DNA from: the human T2T-CHM13v2.0 reference genome, Homo sapiens
Assembly: GCA_009914755.4 (NCBI GenBank)
Contig: CP086569.2
Span: 21,408,001-21,472,000, forward strand
Direction of reading: 5' to 3'
DNA: 64,000 nucleotides
Shown here: in pieces, positions 43,421 to 57,880 of the stretch
How positions within the stretch are numbered: position 1 is the first letter of the stretch
Layout: each line of letters begins with the position of its first letter
Translations under genes and position numbers: made by a program
The notes under the pieces: model-generated
The model's input: only the letters and a program-made list of their open reading frames with translations
What the model was told of the DNA's origin: nothing
The model's database searches: none

Positions 43421-44753
43421 TGGAAGCGGTTCTTAACTTTGAAGACTTACCTATCTGGACAGTTAAAAGTATTGCTAAGGATACTCCCTTTTCCTTGTTA
43501 AACAGTGGGGAAGCCTTGAAGCATGTTTAGGTTCATTTCTGGCGTTTTACTCTACCCCATCCCTTTATAGAGTGTAACATTCTTTTGCAGAAGATTTGTT
43601 ACCTATTTAGGCAGGTTTTCAACTTCCGTATCCGATAAATATTGTGGGAGTAAAGATATCAACGTTCCCTTCATTCTGAGGCTAAACTTTCACACGAAAC
43701 TTAGACTTGAAAATAAGTTTACTCACAGCTTCTAAAGTAGGAGGTCTAACCTCGGTAGAACCCTTTCTCAGTCATTTCTGAAAGAAATTCTCGTTTTTAT
43801 ACACCTGAGGTAATCTCTCACTTTTAGTGCCCTTGTAATTGCTTGAAGAAAACTGTAGGTGGAAACAAAATATTATTTTCCACAGGAGGGGACCATGTTT
43901 TATAGTCCACAAAAACTCTGTTTAGATTATTCCTTCCTGGGACCCAGACCAATTTGTCTTCTTTTTACTTGCCTGTTGGCAGCATGGAATCTGTTTCATT
44001 TTCTCTTTTTAGCTGTCACGACACACAGCTCTTGAGGTACTTGGTGACAGTACAGTGCAGTCTTTCCTGGGCATTACTCTTTGCTCTCCCGAAAACCCAC
44101 TAACGGGTTGTGTGTATAATAAGGTTTTATTTTATTTTATTTTATTTTTTACTGCAAAATTATTGGAGGATAAAGTGTATTCTGGGAGAAGTCTAATTAG
44201 AAAGAGTTAGCAAAGGCTTATGCTTTTTCACTAACATTTTCTCAGATGGTACTGAACAACTTCAGTAGGTATCTTGTTCTCACCTTTATTTCTAGTGATG
44301 AGATTCCCAGTTCTCTAAGCCATCAGCTCTAAAGATCAGAGTATCTCCCTTTGCAAAATGTCCATTAAATCTTTGCTGATGTTATTATCCCTGTACCTGA
44401 CTCTATCCTTAAATAGTAAGGCTTCCTTTATTCTTGTAGGGTAGAACTTTTAAACTGAGTGATGCCTAAAAATGTTCTCAATAAAGAGAGTATCTCCAAA
44501 ACACGTCGGATTTGTTTAAAGAGGAAGTGTGGATTTTTTGATCTTAGAAAGGAAACGAGATAAAATATTAAACGACTTTAATTTTTGTATGATCATGCCT
44601 AGCCTCATTCCTCTAAAATATAATTTAAAGTGGATTCTGTTACATGGTATCACAATAGAAGGGGAATGATCAGGGTTTGGTTAATTCTGGTAAATTGAAA
44701 ACAATTTTTTTTTTATCATATGTGCCTCAGAAGGCACACAAAAGAAGTATAGT

Positions 44754-45059
<306 letters not shown>

Positions 45060-46812
45060 GAAGTATAGTAATACAGTGAACTCCTAGAAATCCATACCTC
45101 TAGGAATTATAACCTAGATTCATTAAAGTCCTCTGTTACCCTTCCCAAATTTATTTTTCTTAAGATAATACCCATCCTGAATTGAATGTTTTTATTGTTG
45201 TGTAAAATTAGTGTTATCTTCTGGGCTACTTACTTGAGGGATACTTTTGAAGACCCCTAAATATTATGAGATGAGACTTACTAATGTAGAAATAAAACTT
45301 GCTCATTTGGTTTTCTGTGTCTTTTTTGTTGTTGTTTTTTTCGTTTGAAAATCCAGATGCCTGTCAGTATTGTCGTGGTGAGGTTTATCCAAATAAACAT
45401 GTAAATGAGCATGGGCCATATGTGGAATTACTTTTTCTTTGCATGCATTAAGCTGGTATTCTACAAAAATCTTAGAAACCCATCCTCACATCAGGAAAAG
45501 GGCATCCTTTGGCCTATACTTGTGAAGAGCTAGAGTAAGGTGCTCCCCACCTTTGAGATTGCTAAAGTTGTCATTCTTTTGGAAATTTATGAGCTAATCA
45601 TCATTTAGTCATTTGAAAAGCTGCCAAACTTTTGTAAAACCCAGTAAGGAAAGCAGGTATGATCTTTGTCCTGACGCAGCTAAGTTCAGGCACGATTAAT
45701 TGCTCGAAATATAGAATGTGTTTTCCTTTGTAGAAATTTAGTTTTGGCATGCCCTAAAATGCATCAGAATCTGGATAAATCACAGAGTTCTGGAAGCCCA
45801 ATTGTCTTCTATAGTGGCACAGAACAATGTGAGACTGCCCCAGAGGTAGTGGGTGAATTCAAGAAGTTAGATGTCTGGCTTTATGGTGGCCAGGTATATG
45901 TTTTATTCTATTTGCAGTGTTAACATTTTTATTCAAATTCTTCAATCGATCCCTTAATATTACTGTAATTTGTAGCCTTTCTCCCTCCTTTTGGAAACGG
46001 CCGCTACTTTGGTTTACGTTCTCTAATGGGGATACAATGTTATGGAGAAGTACCCCAGTCCCTTGATAATTCAATAGAAAATATCACAAGGAAATACTCT
46101 GGATGTGTTTAGTAATAAGCAAAAACTTAAAAATAGAGTGAAACATGATGGCAGTTGAAACAGTTATCAAAAGTCTAAGGAAGTGTGTATGTAAACTTTA
46201 AACTAGAAATTATATTTCTATTCATTTATCTTGTGAAATTTGTTTGTAGAATAATATTCAATGCAGCATTATATAATAAAATTAAAACATTGGAAGAAAT
46301 TAAATTATTAAGTATACTTTAACCATTAAAATGTTGGTCCAGATCTGCAGTTATTGAAATGAAAATGAATATTCAGGACAAATTATTTAGTGTAGTTAAA
46401 ATATGCTGTAGAAGAAAATGAATGAAGTCCTGTTTTTATTTGGAAAGCGTGAACAAAATATTCATAATAGTTATCTTTGGGTGATAAAATGTTTCTATTA
46501 TATAGTTTCATATAAGATGTATTCTTATTTCAGAAGTATCCAAACAAATGTCCAAGAAGGATAGTATTGATATATATCGGGTAAAAGACTTAAAGAGAAC
46601 CTTTGACAGGTCCTGTTAATGAGGTAATATTAATGTTGTAATGTAAATAAATTTAAACACATTTATTATGTGTTTAAATGATATATTTTTAATTTTCCTG
46701 CAAGTGGTTTCAAAAACACACTTCAAAAGCCTTATTTTGTTTTATAGTTTAGTTTATATGATATTATGTAGATTTTTACATTAATTTTTTATCTACTCTT
46801 TTAATTAATTAG

Positions 46813-46896
46813 GTAAAGGAGGTAAAAACAGGCGCAGGGGTAAAAATGAGAATGAATCTGAAAAAAGAGAGTTGGTGTTTAAAGAGGATGGACAAG
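46813..46896 (+). CDS. EIF1AY: eIF1A exon 2 ([28 protein letters not shown])
   Basis: Acceptor ttaattaattag|GTAAAGGAGG and donor GGACAAG|gtaaga. Phase-1 continuity with exon 1. Confidence 0.9.
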
Positions 46897-47169
46897 GTAA
46901 GACTTTTCAACTTAGGCTTCTTTCATTAATATGTTTTGTTGTTGCTGTTAATATAAATTTCAGTCTTTCTCCTAAAGGAATCTTAATCATTATCCTGAGC
47001 CGTTGTCCCTGTGTTTCCATTTCTCTTTTCCTCATTTCTCATCATCTACATTTCTCCTGTACTTGTTCATTAAATAATGATTCCTTGGATATACCAAGTC
47101 TGGATAGCGGATTCGATGGAAGCATTTTTGTAAATAGACGTTCAGTATTTTGTGTGGAAGAACACAATC

Positions 47170-47448
47170 TAGCTGATGCCTGCAATCCCAGCCCTTTGGA
47201 AAGCGAGGTGGGTGGATTGCTTGAAGCTACGAGTTTGACACTAGCCTGGGCAACAGGGTACAACCGTGTCTCTACAAAAAAAAAAAAAAAAATTAATGGG
47301 GCATGGTGTTACACAACTGGAGTCCCAAGTTCTCTGGAGGATGAGGGGAGAGGATAATTTGAACCCAGGAGGTCTAATCTACAGGGAACTGTGAGGGTGC
47401 CACTGTATTCAGCCTGGGTGACAGAGCAAGACCCTGTCTCAAAAAAAT
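47170..47448 (+). mobile_element. Diverged Alu (old subfamily) in intron 2
   Basis: gcctgcaatcccagccctttggaaagcgaggtgggtggattgcttgaagc...cctgggcaacagggtacaaccgtgtctctacaaaaaaaaa...ccactgtattcagcctgggtgacagagcaagaccctgtctc. Confidence 0.8.
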
Positions 47449-48494
47449 ACAAAAGTTCAGAGCAAATTAAGCATAGACTGTGATCATTAAATATTCCATA
47501 CATTGGTAATGAGTAATGTTGTACACTATTAGACCATGGTTATTTATGAGGATAAAACCTCAAAACCTTTTTGAACCACAAGTTCTTCAATGCAGCTAGC
47601 ACATAATCATAAAATGTAATACAATTCTAATAATTGACTAACCCCTTGAATTGATAAACGATGTACAGACTAACATACAAAAAAAAAATAAAGTAAATTT
47701 ATTGGGCCACTTGCTTTTTTTCTTCTTTTTTTTCTTTAAGTGATGAACTTAAGAAAAATTTGTGATATTAGTACACAAAAAAGTTGCATGTATTCTTCAC
47801 CTAGATTCACCAATTTTTAACCTTTTACATCTTTTACTTTATTTCTATCTCTGAGTATCTGCATGTATACACGTTTTTCTAACTATTTTGAATTTTTATA
47901 CAGATAACTAGTAACATGAATTTACAGACTTTAGCGCTAAATACTTCAGCATATGTCTCCCAAGATGAAGCACTTCTCCTTTACTAACTACAAACAACAT
48001 ATTTAACTTTAATGTAATACTGTTATCTGCTTTATACCATGCTGTTACAAATAGGTAACCACTAACCGCATGTGACTATGTAGATTAATTTAACTTACAA
48101 TTTAGATATGTAATAGTTCCATCACAGGCAAGTTTTCCTGAAGAGTGCTAACCTCATAGGTAATCTATATTCAAATTTCTTCACGTTTAATTATTTTCAC
48201 CATGAATACATTTATTGTTTAATAATTTATAAGAACAGCTAGGTATGTTTCTATAGAATTTTTGGTTGTCATTTATGTTCTAAACAGAAGCCACTAAAAA
48301 ATCAACATCTTTTAATTATATGAAACATATTTTCTGGCAAAAGACGTTTATTTAGCCTTCATCTTTTTCACTTCTAATATATGTTGACTTTACTTTCAGG
48401 ACCAGTTTTTTAATTTTCATTCTCATTTTGTTTTTATTTTTCTCCATGTTTCAAAAGTGCTTAATGATAAGCTGAGCTCACTGGATTTTTGTAA

Positions 48495-48836
<342 letters not shown>

Positions 48837-49406
48837 TTTCACTCTTATTTTCTAAGAACTTTAGAATAATCACCGAGATATTCTAAAGTAAACAGGAATT
48901 TTTAATGGTTAAGCTATTATTTGTCTTTGTCATTTCTGAGTTTAGGGATAGTGAAGATAGAGTTAGGCCTCATGTGTGAGAGACTGATGTAGCATTATAG
49001 TGTATATTTTGAAATGTGCCACCGTGATGTTCAAAAGTAGAGTGTACAGTCGTGAAAACAACAGTTGACTTAATCAAAATGAGTGGGTAATTAAAATGCC
49101 TCTAGTAACAGAAATAGCTTGTCATGGAAATGGCATTTGTAACCCTGAACAAGTTACTTGACTTAGTCTTTTATTTATTCTAAATATAAACGTGTTAAAG
49201 CATATGAGCATAGCTGGAAGAGGTGAAGAAGTTGACAGATAAAGAATTCTCTGGTTTCCCTAAATAAAGTTAGAATATGTGTCATTTTGAAATATGACTC
49301 TGAATAAATTACTCAAGCTTTTTGCTATTTGTTTTTTCCTGTTTTTCTTTGTAAGTAGTTTGATCTAATTTAGCAGTAAATGAAGCTTTTATTAACAGGT
49401 AAATTT

Positions 49407-49716
49407 CTTTTTTTGTTGTTGTTATTGTTGTTGTTGTTGAGTTTTGATCTTGACATCCAGGGTGGCGTGCAGTGGTGCTATCTCAGCTCCCTGCAACCTC
49501 TGCCTCCCGAGTTCAAGCCATTCTCCTGCCTCAGCCTCCTGAGTAGCTGGGATTACAGGCATCGGGCACCACACCCAGCTAATTTTTCTATCTTTAGAAG
49601 AGACAAGGTTTCACCATTCTGGGCAGGCTGGTCTCAAACTCCTGACCTCAGGCAATTCACCTGCCTTGGCCTCCCAAATTGCTAGAATTACAGGCATGAG
49701 CCACCATGCCTGGCCC
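49407..49716 (-). mobile_element. Alu (antisense) ending 78 bp upstream of the exon 3 acceptor
   Basis: (T/GTT)n then ...gggtggcgtgcagtggtgctatctcagctccctgcaacctctgcctcccgagttcaagc...gaattacaggcatgagccaccatgcctggccc. Confidence 0.9.
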
Positions 49717-49794
49717 AATAGCTAAATTTCAGTCATTACATTTTAACAAATGTGGACCAAGATCTCAACCTTTTTTTTTATCTCCTCTCCTCAG

Positions 49795-49898
49795 AGTATG
49801 CTCAGGTAATCAAAATGTTGGGAAATGGACGATTGGAAGCATTGTGTTTTGATGGTGTAAAGAGGTTATGCCATATCAGAGGGAAATTGAGAAAAAAG
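49795..49898 (+). CDS. EIF1AY: eIF1A exon 3 ([35 protein letters not shown]). Codon 50 is TTG (Leu) at 49842-49844.
   Basis: Acceptor ctcctcag|AGTATGCTCAG and donor AAAAAAG|gtaggt. Confidence 0.9.
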
Positions 49899-50439
49899 GT
49901 AGGTGTGTAGGTTACTTTTCAATAAAAATTTGCCGCAAAAAATGTCTCTGCTTTAAATACATGGTCCAAGCAATTTATTTTTGTGAGTTCCCAAAATAAT
50001 TTATACAGCAATGATTCATGTGACAATGTGAATAAATAGAAAAAGTCTTTGATAACTTTTAGATTTACTTTTAAAGAATAATTTGTTTGTTTAACTTCTG
50101 TTGTATTCCTACCAGAAATGTTTACTCTGATATTAGTATTGAAGAAACCAGACAAATCTAATATATAACACAAATGGTCTTGACTCAGATGTTAATGCTG
50201 TGAAAGAATGAAAAATCTGGGAATTACTTTAGCTTAAAAGAGATTGATCGGTGCATATCCCTTTGTTAGGTTTTGGATTGGGGGAAATAGTTTTAGGTGG
50301 TACTAGGAAAATTGGAATATGGAATATGTTAGAAACTCTATTTGTTAGTAATACCACATCAGGTAGTTTTATAAATTACACTGATTAAAAGTCTCTACTA
50401 CTCAGATTTTTAATTAAAATAATAAAAACTTATTTTTGG

Positions 50440-50605
50440 CTGAGCTCTGTGGAAGTATTAGCCAGCATACACCTGTAGTCCCAGCTACTGAGGAGGCTGA
50501 GCCCAGGAGTTCAAGGTTCCCATGAGCTAAAAATTGTGCTAATGCTCTCCAGTCTGGGTGATAGAGCGAATCTCTATCTCAAAAAGAAAAAAAAAAAAAT
50601 CTTTC
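50440..50605 (+). mobile_element. Alu right-monomer-like fragment (FRAM/FLAM-type) in intron 3
   Basis: ...cacctgtagtcccagctactgaggaggctgagcccaggagttcaaggttcccatgagc...tctgggtgatagagcgaatctctatctcaaaaag(a)n. Confidence 0.75.
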
Positions 50606-51261
50606 TGGTATGTTAACATTCTTTCTTTTCCAAATTAGTGGCATTTTAGGGATTCTCTTAGTCCATTTGGGCTGTCACTGACTGGGTAGATTATAAAAAG
50701 CAGAAATTTTATTTCTCATAGTTTTGGAGAAAGAGAAATCTATTTAATATTTGGTGAGGACCCATTTCCTGATTATTATGTGGTGCCTTCTGGCTTAGTC
50801 CACACATAGTGGAAGGGATGAATAAGCTGCCTTGGGCCTCTTCTTTAAAAGCAAAAATCCCATTCATGAGCGATCAGCTGTCATCACGTAATCACCTCCC
50901 AAAGGCCCAACCTCCTAGTACCATCACCTTGGGGATCCAAATTTCAATATAAATCTTTTGAGGAACACAAACATTAAGACAAGAACAGGTGCTGTATTTA
51001 TGTAGATTGGGTGCTTTATAGTCATTTTGTGTAGATACATCTTCTGTATTTGGGACAATTATATGTCTCTCAATTTCTGAGACAAAGGATCATCTGACAT
51101 TTTAAACTCTTGAGTAATTGAAATAAAATTGCTGTATATTTTTTAACATTCTAAATAAGAAAATTTTAAGAAACTCAACTGGGTACTATAGTTTTTTCAT
51201 GCCATACCTTAACTATGTACTACATACAACTATACTACAGATATATATATTTCAGGGTTTT

Positions 51262-51562
51262 TTTCTAATTTATTTTTATTTTTTGAGGCAGGGTCTCACG
51301 CTGTTGTGTAGGCTGGAGTACAGTGGCACAATCACGACTCACTGCAGCCTTCACCTCAAGCAGTCCTCCCGCCTCAGCCTCCTAAAGTAGTTGGCAGGCA
51401 CATGCCACTACACCCAATTTTTTTTTTTTTAACTGTTTGTACAGTCTAGGCCTCTCTGCGTTGCCTAGGATGGTCTCAAGCTCCTGTGCTCAGGTCATCC
51501 CTGTGGCTTAGCCTCCCGGAGTGCTGTGATTATAGGCATGAGACACCTCTCCCGGCATCTAA
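51262..51562 (-). mobile_element. Diverged Alu (antisense, older subfamily) about 118 bp upstream of exon 4
   Basis: ttttgaggcagggtctcacgctgttgtgtaggctggagtacagtggcacaatcacgactcactgcagcc...gattataggcatgagacacctctcccggc. Confidence 0.85.
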
Positions 51563-51679
51563 TTAATTTTTTTTTTCACACTTGGTGAATAGTATACCTG
51601 TCTTGTGGGAAGATTCACTAAACATTCTTTTTATTATTTGTTTTTATTTTTAAAATAATCTGCAGTAAATTTCTTACAG

Positions 51680-51730
51680 GTTTGGATAAATACATCAGAC
51701 ATTATATTGGTTGGTCTACGGGACTATCAG
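51680..51730 (+). CDS. EIF1AY: eIF1A exon 4 (VWINTSDIILVGLRDYQ)
   Basis: Acceptor tttcttacag|GTTTGGATAAAT and donor CTATCAG|gtaaaaat. Confidence 0.9.
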
Positions 51731-54476
51731 GTAAAAATAACATTTAAAGTTGTGGTATGTCTGTGTTTAAGCAGTTGTTAATGTTTGGAAGGTAACTATA
51801 CTAGCATCTTTGACCCATTCCAGCCCAGGTTGCTTTCTCACCATTCTGCCTGCCATCATCATTTATTAAGGGCCAGTTGTATTTCAGACTATAGTATTTT
51901 TCAAATTTGACATAATTCTCACTGATAGTAAATGGTACATATATTTTTGTGGAAAGACATAAAGTTTTTAATTCTTTGTTTTCATTGTTAATATAATGTG
52001 CAGTAAATATTTTCTTGCAGGCTTGGGCAAGTACTGTAGACCATCTGTCCTCATCCATTTAAAGGCCAATGGTGTTTCAGGCATTCAGCTAGGTATTTCA
52101 GACATTGTAGTTCCCAAATGCCGGTCTGTTAAATAGTATTGGTGCAGGCTGAATTTTCAGTGCTCTGAAGTCAAATTAGAAGATACATAGTTACGATGTT
52201 TTTCATGGAGCACAATTGTTTGCTTACCTTTTTAAATATATATTTTAATAACTTTTTTAAATGAGAAAGTGTATAAGGTAGTAATTTTTATTAGTGTTCT
52301 AATTTGGCAAAGCAAAATTGAATAATCTGGAGACTCATTTACCTAATATTATTTTTAACATTATTTTAATATTTTGAAATTTAAAGTTCTTGAAATCCAA
52401 ATCTGGGAAACCACAAGTCTAGTTGATGCAGCTGAATAAGTCTGTTCTCCTCTAAAAGTTTTATAGTTTGGTAGTGTAAAGTTAAGGCATACATACCAAG
52501 TAGTTAATGGTACAAAATGTTGTAAAGTACATGCTATAAAGTGAGCGGTATATAACAAAGACAGTAGTAGCTGTTTAATCTCCAACCTTCATACTATTTA
52601 CATGTTGTAGGTCTGTAAAATACATTTGATTTCTACTCATGGAATTCATCACCATTGTTTAACCACATTGAGAAACTACTGCTATGTCTATATTTTTATT
52701 CTCTTGATATTAGGTGAAGTTTTCTGTAGTCATCTGTCAAGTCTAAGTTGGTTTGTAATGTTCAAGTCTTCTGTTGATCTTTTGTCTGATTGTTCTTTTC
52801 ATTACTATAAGTGGCATATTGAAGTTACTTTACTTTTCATCTTGAGAATTTCTACTTTTTAAATTACTTCAGTGTCTTTATTGACTTTTTCTGTTTAGTG
52901 AAATACCATTTTCATAATTTCCTTAATATTTTTAGACATTATTTCTTTTTAAGTCTTAGATAAACTAAGTCCAACTTCTGGGATTCCTCAGGAATAGTAT
53001 TTTTTTTTTCCCTGTGTTTGAGCCACTTTTTTAAATCTTTTTTTTTTTTTTAAACCGAACAATTTAACTACAACATAGCAGTTCTGGAAATCAGATTGCT
53101 GCCTCTCGGGGCTGTTGTTGATACTGCTTGTTTGGTGACTTTTCTGAACTAATTCTTTGGCCATTGAATAGTTGGTTAGTTTAGTGGGCAGTTCATGTTT
53201 GAACTAAGATTTCATTAAAACCACCAAGAATTTAATCATTTAAAGAGGAATCTTGTACATGTAGAGGAATACTTTGAGCATTCAGCCAATGTTGGTAAAC
53301 TGACACCTCTTCCTTAGTCTTCATTTCTTGCTGTGCAGGATCTCAAGTTCAGTCAGGGGTAATATTAGGGCTTTCCTATGTCTTTCTTTATCATGTGCAC
53401 TACTCTGAACGTATATTTGGCCTGTTAGATTTGTAGAAGTATGTTGGACTTTACAGATTTCCTATGGATATCTCATTCCAGAGCTTTTGCGAGTTTTTTG
53501 GTTTATTTTTTGTCTCAACTGTTACTACCACTTAAGGCATGTTAAAAAATTGCCACAGATTATTTTTTCTACAAAAGCCCTGTGGGGTAAACCACAGTGA
53601 TTAAGCTCTGAATCAAGTGAGTTAAAGAAAAGTTCTTAAAATGGAAGTTTCCGGGAACTGCCAGGAAATTCTCTATAGAATGGTGTTATCAAAGAACTTC
53701 GGACTTGGTCTGTGCTTTTCAGTAGCTGCTATTGTGTTGGTTTTTATTAAACTGAGGTAAGGAATGGGAATAGGGGAACTTAAAAGCCCACACTGCTTTT
53801 TCTTAGTAAGGTTCACCTATTTTTCGTGAATAAACGCTCCTTAGTGTTTATTGCATTCATTTGGTTAATTTTCAGATTTCTGATATATGGATTTTGACCA
53901 TGTTTGTCAATGTTCTTATTTCTTTTCTGAAGGAACAAATTTTAGCAAGTCCTTATTCTGCCATTCCTGCAATCACTGCAAGAAAGCATTTATTTTGATA
54001 AGACTTAATTACACATTGACTTTGTTTCTTTTTCATATATCAAATAAAAAGTTGTACTGTGCTTTTAAAATGTTATTTTTATGTCCATTATATTATTCGA
54101 ATTATCATTTTAACAAAAACTGGTTTGCACATTACAGTTTGAAAAGTGTTGGTCTATTTCATACTGCCATTGTGACAGATCACTTTAGTTTACATCTTAC
54201 TTATATTGTAAATTGTAAGCAATCAGAACCCCTCCTCACCCCAAGTTGGATAAAATACTTTCAAATGGGGAACTGTGAACATCTGAGGAAAGTGATTCTT
54301 AGTGTTGGCATTAGAAACACCCACCCAGAAGAACTTTTAAAAATATGCATTCATGTACTACACCCCAGGCAGGTCTACTTTCAATCTTAAGGAAGTAGGT
54401 ATGTATTTTTAAAATCAAGCTATTTTTCAAGTTCCATAGACAATTCTGTTAGATAATCTATACTAAGAACTACTGA

Positions 54477-54792
<316 letters not shown>

Positions 54793-55229
54793 CTAGAAAA
54801 GTGTATTACCTTTTTAACATCATTATTCTTTACTCCATTTTTAGTTTTGAATTGCAGTGTTTGACCTTAAAAGTTTTATATTACAATTTTTTTAATTAGT
54901 CTTTTATTTTTTCCAAGAGACTTCTAATTAAAAGGGAATAGTAAATAAAAGCACTGTGCTTGCCTTTTGTGCTTTTATTAAAGTGAAATCTCTACAATCT
55001 TTCCTAAGCTGTTAATCACTGTTTACTAATGAACATAAACCACTTCCTAATTATTCAGACTCAAGAATTTTTTTCTAGAGGGTATTGGGGTAGGCAAAGA
55101 AAAGCAGGAGAGTTTGTAACAAACAGTATGTGGGATTTTTTTAGATGTGTTCAATTTGAAAGTAACTTGTGACACAACTGGTGATATTTTGGTATAAGAC
55201 GTTTTGAAAGTTATTTGTTTATTTCTAAG

Positions 55230-55311
55230 GATAACAAAGCTGATGTAATTTTAAAGTACAATGCAGATGAAGCTAGAAGCCTGAAGGCATATGGCGAGCT
55301 TCCAGAACATG
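55230..55311 (+). CDS. EIF1AY: eIF1A exon 5 ([27 protein letters not shown], then G of the Ala codon)
   Basis: Acceptor atttctaag|GATAACAAAGC and donor GAACATG|gtaagatc. Confidence 0.9.
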
Positions 55312-55987
55312 GTAAGATCAAAATGATTTTATCTCCTCATTATTTGATATTAATGTTTGTTGGTATTTAGGTGAAGGTATTTCCGTAGAACTCTTGTTTT
55401 ACATACTGTTTTAGTGTATACTTAAAAATTTGTTATAAGTAGTCTTGCCTATACTTCAGTTTACTTATGATACTTTGGAAAAGATATTAATAACTGGAAA
55501 TCTCTAATAAAAACGTTATGAACTTGAAAGTAGAAGTCTCTAATAAAGAGATTATGAATTATGAAAGTTCCTTTAGTGACAACTTTATAAATTCATAAGC
55601 TCTGGATTTGTATATAAGATCTGTCAAAGAAATACGTTTTTTATAGTGTTTTTCTAAACAGTTCTCAAGACTGGCAGTTTTCATTTAAGCAGAGGCAACA
55701 AATGTAATACTAATGTTTGATTATTATAGAAAAAAGTATTCATCTTAGCAAAGTTTTAACTATGGGATTATTTTTAACAAACAATTGTGTTTTCTTTTTC
55801 TTAAAGACAAACACAATGCATACTTACTGCCGAAAGCTTGACAAGATTAAAATAAGTCCCTCATGACACCATCAAAGAGAATATGCACTGTTGTAAAGCC
55901 TGCGTATTTTACTTGGCAGCTATTTTCATTATTTATCATATTGCATTTTATGAAAAGATTTTTATATAAACATGAAGATCTTGATGA

Positions 55988-56078
55988 AATTATTGGCATT
56001 TCAGGAAGTGCTGAAATGTTATTGGAAGTGATGAAATTATTGGCATTTCAGGAAGTGCTGAAAGTTTCGCTTTCATTA
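55988..56078. repeat. Tandem duplication of about 45 bp in intron 5
   Basis: attattggcatttcaggaagtgctgaaa occurs twice (55988... and 56033...). Confidence 0.85.
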
Positions 56079-56377
56079 CTTGGGGATAAGCATGATCATG
56101 ATTTAACCAAGTATTTCTCACTGATTTGATAAGTCTGTTTAAATAATTGGTTAACTAGTTGTTGTAATTTCAAGAGAACTTTATGTATTTTGAGGATAAG
56201 TTGTTAACCTGTGCTCAAATCCTTTTTGAAGGCTACATGGAAATGGTTGGCTATTGAGTTAGCATAATCAGTCTGCCTACCATACTTAAAGTACCTTTTG
56301 TATATGTGCTAAGTGAGAATTAAAAATACCTTTTAAAAACAAATGAAAAATACAGCACAATACAGCACATTCGTTCT

Positions 56378-56654
56378 TTGTTTTTTGAAACAGAGTCTTG
56401 CTCTGTCACCCAGGCAGGAGTGCAGTGGCACCATCTCAGCTCCCTGCATTCTACGCCTGCCAAGTTCAAGCTATTTTCCTGCCTCACCCTCTGCACCCTC
56501 TGAGACTACAGACATTTGCCACCATACCTGGTTAATTTTTTATTTTTTTATTTTTAGTAGAGACCAGATTTCACCATGTTGGCTAGGCTGGTCTCGAACT
56601 CCTGATCTCAAGTGATCTGCCTACCATGGCCTCCCAAATTGGTGGGACTACAGG
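56378..56654 (-). mobile_element. Alu (antisense) ending about 35 bp upstream of the exon 6 acceptor
   Basis: ttttttgaaacagagtcttgctctgtcacccaggcaggagtgcagtggcaccatctcagctccctgc...cccaaattggtgggactacagg. Confidence 0.9.
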
Positions 56655-56689
56655 TTATATAATCAGTATGTCTGTTATTTTACCTTTAG

Positions 56690-56781
56690 CTAAAATCAAT
56701 GAAACAGACACATTTGGTCCTGGAGATGATGATGAAATCCAGTTTGACGATATTGGAGATGATGATGAAGACATTGATGAT
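56690..56781 (+). CDS. EIF1AY: eIF1A exon 6 ([31 protein letters not shown]), the acidic C-terminal tail
   Basis: Acceptor tacctttag|CTAAAATCAATG and donor ATTGATGAT|gtaagt. Confidence 0.9.
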
Positions 56782-57262
56782 GTAAGTAAATAAACCTAAC
56801 AGGTATTTTGTTTTATCTATGCATTATCTATAAACTTTACAGTCCTTTGGGATAGTATTTACTGCAAAAATCAATTTTAGCTTCGGCAGTAGGCACTTCA
56901 TAATCAACGTTAAGTAAGAGTGTCTAAAGAGATAGTTTTGAGAACACGTCCTCTATTAAGAGAAATGCTTAGTATGTTAAAAGAAGAATTTTGTTTGAAC
57001 CAGTTTGATGCAGCACTGAAATTACAACATACTTCAAAGGTTTGTTAAAATGAAGGGCCTGTTGCCAGGACATGTAATAGAATTACATGGTTGAGCATCA
57101 GTTTGTACTGGCCAGACTCTTGTTTTGGAGTTAGTTTGTGCTTATTTTGTGGAAATGATTGTTTTTCCTAGTAACAAAGCAGCGCAGTTCACAAAGCAGT
57201 AAATGCTTCAGCTCTCTTTTTCAGTTAACTATATTGAAATTAAATTCACTTTGATTTTTCTT

Positions 57263-57340
57263 CCCTCTCTTGAGAGAGAGAGAGGGAGAGGGGGAGAGAG
57301 AGAGAGAGAGAGAGAGAGTGTGTGTGTGTGTGTGTGTGTG
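57263..57340. repeat. Compound (GA)n(GT)n microsatellite in intron 6
   Basis: gagagagagagagggagagggggagagagagagagagagagagagagtgtgtgtgtgtgtgtgtgtgtgtg. Confidence 0.95.
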
Positions 57341-57563
57341 TGTTTATTGGATATGGAATTTGTTGGTATAGCTTAGACTTCATTTGGGCTTAGGTTTTTT
57401 TGTCAATATCCCTATAATAAAATTGTTGTTCAGGAACCACCTGTATATACACACCCAAAAGTTATGATTAACTAGGTACTGAGAAGAAATTATAGAATAC
57501 CTAAAGCAGTCATTCTTGATGTAATCTGTGCAATTTACCAGAGCTTTTAAAAATTATAAAGTC

Positions 57564-57880
<317 letters not shown>

